Origin: Spirochaetota bacterium
Lineage (GTDB): Bacteria; Spirochaetota; UBA4802; UB4802
Assembly: GCA_037481795.1 (NCBI GenBank)
Contig: JBBFLA010000006.1
Location: 10,910-74,909 of the forward strand
Direction: 5' to 3'
Length of the DNA: 64,000 nt
Position 1 is the first letter of the stretch. Each line of letters begins with the position of its first letter. The translations under genes were made by a program, and so were the position numbers. Shown in pieces: positions 59,011-64,000 of this stretch. The notes beneath the pieces were generated by a model. That model saw nothing but the letters and a program-made list of their open reading frames with translations, did not search any database and had not been told where the DNA came from.

Positions 59011-59505
59011 ATGAAGATTGGATTAATATCCGATACACACAATGATATTGAACTGGTTCAGAAGGCAATTGCTATATTTAAAGAACGCAATATATCTGTT
59101 ATTATCCATGCTGGGGACCTTACCTCATCCAAGATCATTTCTCTGTTTAAAGGCTTTGATGGCAGATTTGTGCTGGGTAACTGTGACATTGATGTTGAAG
59201 AAATAAATTCAACTGCTTCTGAATGCGGGTTTGGCTGCGTTGAACATTCATGCCAGTTCACGCTGGATGGCAAGAAATTCATGGTGTTTCACGGAAACAA
59301 TGTCCCCATGTTCAGAGAAGCTGTTAACAGTGGAAAATACGATTACATCATCAAAGGGCATACCCACATCTTTGAAAATTATGTCAGCGGAAAAACACGA
59401 ATTATTAACCCCGGATCCCTGTACCGCGGTGAGGAACACACTGTTGCCATTCTTGATACTGATACTGATAAAGTGGAAAAAATTCGTATAGATATTGAAG
59501 AATAA
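59011..59505 (+). CDS. YfcE-like metallophosphoesterase
   Basis: MPE motifs D-x-H (ISDTHND), GD (HAGDL), GNCD and GHTH. Confidence 0.75.
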   Translation: MKIGLISDTHNDIELVQKAIAIFKERNISVIIHAGDLTSSKIISLFKGFDGRFVLGNCDIDVEEINSTASECGFGCVEHSCQFTLDGKKFMVFHGNNVPMFREAVNSGKYDYIIKGHTHIFENYVSGKTRIINPGSLYRGEEHTVAILDTDTDKVEKIRIDIEE

Positions 59506-60375
59506 CTACCGGTCACCTTTTATAAGGCTTACAATGCGTTCAAAATCATCAAGTGAATAAAAACTTATTTCAATACGCCCCTTCCCCGCTGAATGCCGTA
59601 TCTCAACACGGGTACCTAAAAATGAGATTAACTCTTCTTCCAGTTTTCGGATATGTGCATCCTTTGCTTTCTTTTTCTTTTTGCCAGGGGTTTTTGGAAC
59701 TTCAGCTATTGCTTTTTCTACTTCACGCACCGACAGTCCCTGATGAATAATCCTGTCAAACAATGCCTCCTGTTCATCCCCGGAAACACCTAAAAGCAAT
59801 TTTGCATGTCCAACATTAATCCTGCCATCCTGTAACGCTTCCTGCATGTGCTCGGGCAGATTAAGTAAGCGCATGATATTGGCAACCGTTGCCCTATCTT
59901 TGCCCACACGATCAGCTATTTCTGATTGTTTGAGCTTGAAGCGTGTTGCAAGCATTTTGTATGCTTTTGCTTCTTCTATGGGGTCTAAGTTTGTTCGTTG
60001 AATATTCTCAATAAGAGCCAGTGTCAGATTCTGCTCTTCGGTTGTGTTCATGACAATGGCCTTGATAGTGGGTTTTCCTAATAATTTGCATGCACGCCAC
60101 CTGCGTTCACCGGCCACGATAAAATATTCCTCACCCTGCTTGCGCACAATAATTGGTTGAAGCAACCCCACGTGCTGTATGGATTGTGCAAGCCCTGCTA
60201 TCTCTGCTGCATCAAAATGGACTCGTGGCTGGTCAGGATTTGGCATTATGGCATTAATAGGAATATCCACAACACGTTCTCTGTCCTGTAGTAAAACCTT
60301 TTCAAAATCACTTACCGGGGTAGGTGATGTGGTAATGATTGCTCCTAATCCTTTGCCTAAAACTTTTTTTGCCAT
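59506..60375 (-). CDS. parB: chromosome partitioning protein ParB (Spo0J)
   Basis: ParB box GERRWRA and HTH region. Confidence 0.9.
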   Translation of the reverse strand: MAKKVLGKGLGAIITTSPTPVSDFEKVLLQDRERVVDIPINAIMPNPDQPRVHFDAAEIAGLAQSIQHVGLLQPIIVRKQGEEYFIVAGERRWRACKLLGKPTIKAIVMNTTEEQNLTLALIENIQRTNLDPIEEAKAYKMLATRFKLKQSEIADRVGKDRATVANIMRLLNLPEHMQEALQDGRINVGHAKLLLGVSGDEQEALFDRIIHQGLSVREVEKAIAEVPKTPGKKKKKAKDAHIRKLEEELISFLGTRVEIRHSAGKGRIEISFYSLDDFERIVSLIKGDR

Positions 60376-60402
60376 TGTCTGCTCCAGTACGGTATCCTGT
60401 GA

Positions 60403-61167
60403 CTATCGCACATTCTGAATCAGTTCATGTGCTAACTGCTCATAGCTCATGCTGCCACTTGAAGTCCTGTCATAAAGATTAATGGGTTTGCCAAATGACG
60501 GTGCCTCAGAAAGCCGCACATTACGCGGGATTATTGCTGAAAACACTTTATTTTTAAAAAATTGTTTTACATCAGAGACCACCTGTTGCGAAAGATTGGT
60601 GCGCGGGTCATACATGGTAAGTAGTACTCCTTCAATTTCCAGCTTTGGATTAAGTGTATCCTGTACCATGGAAATAATTTTCAATAGCTGGCTTAAACCC
60701 TCAAGTGCATAGTATTCACACTGCAGCGGAATAATGACCGAATCTGATGCAACCAGGCTATTTAAAGTGAGTATTCCCAGTGAGGGTGGGCAGTCAATAA
60801 GTATAAAATCAAATGTGTCGCGTACCTTTTCCAGCGCCCTTTTTAATAAATACTCTTTATCCTCCATATCCATCAGTTCAACTTGAGCCCCGGCTAAATG
60901 CATATTGGATGGAACTATATAAAGATTTTCAATAGTTGTCTTGAATATTGCTTCCTGCACGGGAATGGTTCCCAGCAAAACCTCATACACCGTTGTTTCC
61001 ATTTCCTCAACATTGACACCTAAGCCAAATCCTGCGTTTGCCTGGGGGTCAATATCTACAACCAGAACCTGTTTGCCCTTTTCTGCTAAAAATGCAGCTA
61101 AATTAACAGCGGTTGTGGTTTTGCCAACTCCTCCTTTCTGGTTGGAAATGGATATAATTTTACCCAT
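60403..61167 (-). CDS. parA: chromosome partitioning ATPase ParA (Soj)
   Basis: Deviant Walker A KGGVGKTT, a MinD/ParA fold. Confidence 0.9.
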   Translation of the reverse strand: MGKIISISNQKGGVGKTTTAVNLAAFLAEKGKQVLVVDIDPQANAGFGLGVNVEEMETTVYEVLLGTIPVQEAIFKTTIENLYIVPSNMHLAGAQVELMDMEDKEYLLKRALEKVRDTFDFILIDCPPSLGILTLNSLVASDSVIIPLQCEYYALEGLSQLLKIISMVQDTLNPKLEIEGVLLTMYDPRTNLSQQVVSDVKQFFKNKVFSAIIPRNVRLSEAPSFGKPINLYDRTSSGSMSYEQLAHELIQNVR

Positions 61168-61251
61168 TGATAGCTCCCTTTGAAAAATATTCCCATTTGT
61201 ACAGACTATAAGCCAGTAGCAATCACTATATACCGGTAATCAAAATAGTTA

Positions 61252-61274
61252 TATATACGTGCAGTGCGTATATA
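61252..61274. promoter_or_regulatory. inverted repeat TATATACG-n7-CGTATATA upstream of parA, with nearby GTATAC repeats
   Basis: 8-bp perfect arms about 80 bp upstream of the parA start. Additional GTATAC palindromes at 61300-61335. Confidence 0.3.
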
Positions 61275-61396
61275 CTGTTGTAACATATTGGCACTGTAAA
61301 ATGTATACATATGTATGAATTGTATACCTTCAATTGCAAGCTTTTTTTGTTATATACTCACACCACCTGAAGTTGTGAGGTAATATTAATATCAGT

Positions 61397-62590
61397 TTAT
61401 TTTTGCCTATGAATAAAATGCCCATCCCTGAACCAGTAGCGGCGTTTTCCAGTAAACTTTCGTGGATTTATCCTTTTCCATGTTAACCCTAAAAGCACCA
61501 TGACAGCAATAGCACCCATGCAAAGGCGCACTACTGGCATATAAGGGAGTATACGTCTACCCTGTGCTATAACCAGTGCAAAAGGTTTATAGGCTGCCCT
61601 GTTACACTGATATACATGCACTGTAACATCCTGTGTTGCAGGGTTATAGAATGATATTTCATTTATAAATCCAGCGTCCCATGAACCCAGGAGTTTTTTA
61701 TTGGCAAAAATATCAACCTGCACCGGATAAGAAGCTGGAAGATATATAGTAATAGCACCCCGAGGCAATGTGCACGTATAACTTCTGGCATATTCATCAG
61801 CCTTGAATGTATCAACCACCGATAACGCTATGCTCTGACCCCAATACCATGCTTTCTGTAACAGCTCATCAAGCAGCATGCCATACGCTGTTCTGAAAAT
61901 AAAATAGCGCATGTAGAGAGAGTCTTCACTGGTATGGTATGCCGAATAATACACCATACCATTGCCATATTTTTTAAAGAATGCAACAGGCCCTTCTTGC
62001 TCACCACCAACAGTGGGGAAATACCCTTTGGCCAGTATGGATGCATTTGCTTTTTGCAATGCTACCCATCCATTATAGTTGACATTAAGCTGCATGTCAT
62101 CACGCATAACAAATGAAGCAAAATCATCATTTAAAAAGCTGTGTATCCTGCCACTGGTGCCATAATGCGGGAAATTATTAAAAAAGGACAGAGAACATCC
62201 CAATGTTTCAACAAACCGGTATGAATATCCTGCAGCATACAACCTGCCACCGCTTTTAACAAAATCCTGAAGCAGCGCATGTAATCGCTTATAATCTATA
62301 CCCTCATAATCATCTTTTAATGCAACGCCCTGAATACGCTGACCGTGTGCCATTACCTGGATGCTTGCCTCAATAGGCTGCTCAACACCGCAGGGTATAA
62401 ACACAGCATCAAATCCTGACAGGGAACTATCGCCCGCCACTACCGATGCACGTTTTACAATATACGGAATACGATATACATCAAGTAGATAGGTAAGGTT
62501 ATCATGATACGATTTGAACACCAGAACACGTGGTGCAGCCTCAACGCCCACCGTAAAAAAAAGCATAACAAGGATGACCAAAAGCCTCAT
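61397..62590 (-). CDS. secreted/membrane-anchored hypothetical protein with class-I-glutamine-amidotransferase-like (ThuA/DUF4159-like) N-terminal domain
   Basis: Signal peptide MRLLVILVMLFFTVGVEA; VLVFKSY...GFDAVFIPCG...GGRLYAAGYS resembles GATase1-like folds; C-terminal TM. Confidence 0.4.
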   Translation of the reverse strand: MRLLVILVMLFFTVGVEAAPRVLVFKSYHDNLTYLLDVYRIPYIVKRASVVAGDSSLSGFDAVFIPCGVEQPIEASIQVMAHGQRIQGVALKDDYEGIDYKRLHALLQDFVKSGGRLYAAGYSYRFVETLGCSLSFFNNFPHYGTSGRIHSFLNDDFASFVMRDDMQLNVNYNGWVALQKANASILAKGYFPTVGGEQEGPVAFFKKYGNGMVYYSAYHTSEDSLYMRYFIFRTAYGMLLDELLQKAWYWGQSIALSVVDTFKADEYARSYTCTLPRGAITIYLPASYPVQVDIFANKKLLGSWDAGFINEISFYNPATQDVTVHVYQCNRAAYKPFALVIAQGRRILPYMPVVRLCMGAIAVMVLLGLTWKRINPRKFTGKRRYWFRDGHFIHRQK

Positions 62591-64000
62591 GAAAGACTCC
62601 GGATTTGCGATAATATTTTTGTACGTTCATCCAGTATGCCATACAGCCTGTCATTGAGACATACATGTGCCACCTGCAGGCAATAGGCAACCATCTGTGG
62701 AAATACTCCATCACGCAGTGTGGGATGTATTACCGGCTTGTGCAACAATAGTTTTGACAGCGGCCGCATTTTTGAAAACCCGGTTATAATACAATCTGAA
62801 AAGGGAACAGGCATTGCTTCTGTGTCATCAAGTGATGATAAACCTGATGTATGCACAGAAAACGCTGTGCGCATCACTGCATCGTCTTTGCCCGGTGAAC
62901 CACTTAAAACCCACCTGCGGTGACGGTTATACAGTGTAAACAACTCAATGCCAATATCATAACACATATCGCCAATCACGGTCATAAATCGTTCAATGGG
63001 ATACAGGCTTTTTTTCTTTTTATTTATACCTTCTATTAATTCATCACGGGTTACATGAAAGGTGGGATTGTTGGACCTGAATGTATTAATTTCTGAAAGT
63101 ATCTCAGAAAAACGTGCTAATTCATGCGAAAAATAATTTTCAGTAAATATACAGCCTTCGTAGTGATTCTTATTGTTTTCAAAATATATCGTTGTGCCAT
63201 CAAGCAGTGCGCCATATTCATTAATAAAACCCAGAAGCATCCCTTCAAGTGCAATGAGTATATCTTTATTGTATACATCATCAAAAACCTCATTGCGTTT
63301 ATCTACCATTTTACGCTGATCATCAAACCCCTGAATGGCAACTTCCTTCCCCTCAGGAGCATAGGACAGGAACCTGTACAATTCATCGTACGGGTCAAGC
63401 TTTCTATGCAGCTGTTCCTTTGCTTTCTTCTTTAACGATTCAGGGTCTTTGCCTGCTTTTACCAGTTCATCGTGATCAAAATTCCAGTCAGTATCGGAAA
63501 CCTTTGGAGCAGTTATATCAAATAGCGTAACTATATCAGATAACACAACAGGTTTTCCCAGAACCAGTGCCTCAACGCAGGCAATACAAAATGCTTCAAA
63601 TGATGGCAATGACCCTTCTTTTTTAAGAAGGTTGGTTAGTGAGCATTCATTAGTGAAAGAAGGATAGAGCAGACATCTAAGCGTGGTGATGAAATCATAG
63701 ATATATTGTTCAATGGTCAAATTCTTTTTATTCATTGCTTCATTCTTCTTCAGATCCTGGCTTTGACGCAATTTCTGGTCAATTAATTGAATCATTGATT
63801 CTTTGGTCTGAGCATCACACAGGGAAAGCTTTAGCATTGAATCTATATAGGGCGATAGTAACTGCTTAAACTTCTCAGGCCGTGTCCATTTGAGTTCAAT
63901 ATACTGCTTATCAATCAAGCATGAGGATGCAAGTGCATTGTACAGAACAACACAATAATTAAAAATCTTAGGGTCAGATATTGACTGATCATCGACAATA
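62587..64000 (-). CDS. hypothetical protein, 5' end beyond window (reading frame open to position 64000)
   Basis: The listed start at 63918 is a TTG. The frame continues without a stop to the window edge (...IVDDQSISDPKIFNYCVVLYNALASSCLIDKQY...). Confidence 0.45.
   Translation of the reverse strand, partial: IVDDQSISDPKIFNYCVVLYNALASSCLIDKQYIELKWTRPEKFKQLLSPYIDSMLKLSLCDAQTKESMIQLIDQKLRQSQDLKKNEAMNKKNLTIEQYIYDFITTLRCLLYPSFTNECSLTNLLKKEGSLPSFEAFCIACVEALVLGKPVVLSDIVTLFDITAPKVSDTDWNFDHDELVKAGKDPESLKKKAKEQLHRKLDPYDELYRFLSYAPEGKEVAIQGFDDQRKMVDKRNEVFDDVYNKDILIALEGMLLGFINEYGALLDGTTIYFENNKNHYEGCIFTENYFSHELARFSEILSEINTFRSNNPTFHVTRDELIEGINKKKKSLYPIERFMTVIGDMCYDIGIELFTLYNRHRRWVLSGSPGKDDAVMRTAFSVHTSGLSSLDDTEAMPVPFSDCIITGFSKMRPLSKLLLHKPVIHPTLRDGVFPQMVAYCLQVAHVCLNDRLYGILDERTKILSQIRSLS

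Noticed and set aside
59285-59299. parS-like TGTTTCACGGAAACA inside the metallophosphoesterase gene near parB
   Set aside because: It is a 15-mer lacking the central T of the 16-bp consensus TGTTTCACGTGAAACA, so arm spacing is wrong for ParB. It also simply encodes VFHGN. Kept only as a low-probability degenerate site.

Overview
AT-rich (about 35% GC) bacterial chromosomal segment, densely coded and mostly housekeeping. Features in order:
- partial peptide deformylase (minus strand, window edge), an amidase-signature enzyme, a PlsC-type acyltransferase and a DUF4143-like AAA ATPase;
- a short-form MetH;
- a four-gene respiratory module whose sizes and gene order match QrcABCD (pentaheme cytochrome c, TAT-type molybdopterin-family subunit, 4x[4Fe-4S] subunit, NrfD-like membrane subunit), closed by a clean bidirectional terminator;
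- FolD, then an archease-RtcB pair, a bactofilin, a polyprenyl synthase, a STAS protein, ComF and QueC;
- the complete mreB-mreC-mreD-PBP2-rodA operon, then TPR/membrane proteins, an RlmI-like methyltransferase, KDPG aldolase, a glyoxalase and GlmS;
- an envelope-associated accessory cluster (31.5-40 kb): a secreted permuted-papain-like protein, a PKD-domain protein, a tail-anchored Cys-rich protein, a YihY/BrkB permease fused to BNR/Ycf48-like repeats, a TonB-like protein and a hexapeptide-repeat protein;
- an EF-G paralog, a HEPN-like protein, MoaD/MoaE, a hybrid histidine kinase/response regulator, UvrC, MarC, SerA and a BASS transporter;
- tRNA-Arg(CCG);
- a second bactofilin and a YaaR-HolB-YaaT(RicT)-MetG block with Firmicute-like synteny;
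- ParB/ParA and two hypothetical genes, the last running off the window edge.
Several signals are not explained by the gene track:
(1) A strongly over-represented oligomer, ACTATCGCC(C) with extended flanks such as (C)AGTAACTATCGCC(C) and GTTACTATCGCCCTATAT, occurs at least 19 times. It sits on both strands, inside unrelated genes in different reading frames, and as an inverted terminator-like pair after uvrC. This looks like a DNA-uptake-sequence-like or otherwise selected motif; a ComF gene is present.
(2) A 1.2-kb gene-poor region beside the tRNA holds a tandem pair of about 125-nt structured direct repeats immediately upstream of bactofilin, a candidate small RNA with an extended -10 and an intrinsic terminator, and a 47-aa HTH ORF with a perfect RBS.
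(3) A 230-bp GC-rich structured island lies downstream of the EF-G paralog.
(4) A 56-aa 2x[4Fe-4S] ferredoxin gene is missing from the ORF track.
No CRISPR array, intact IS element or phage module was seen.
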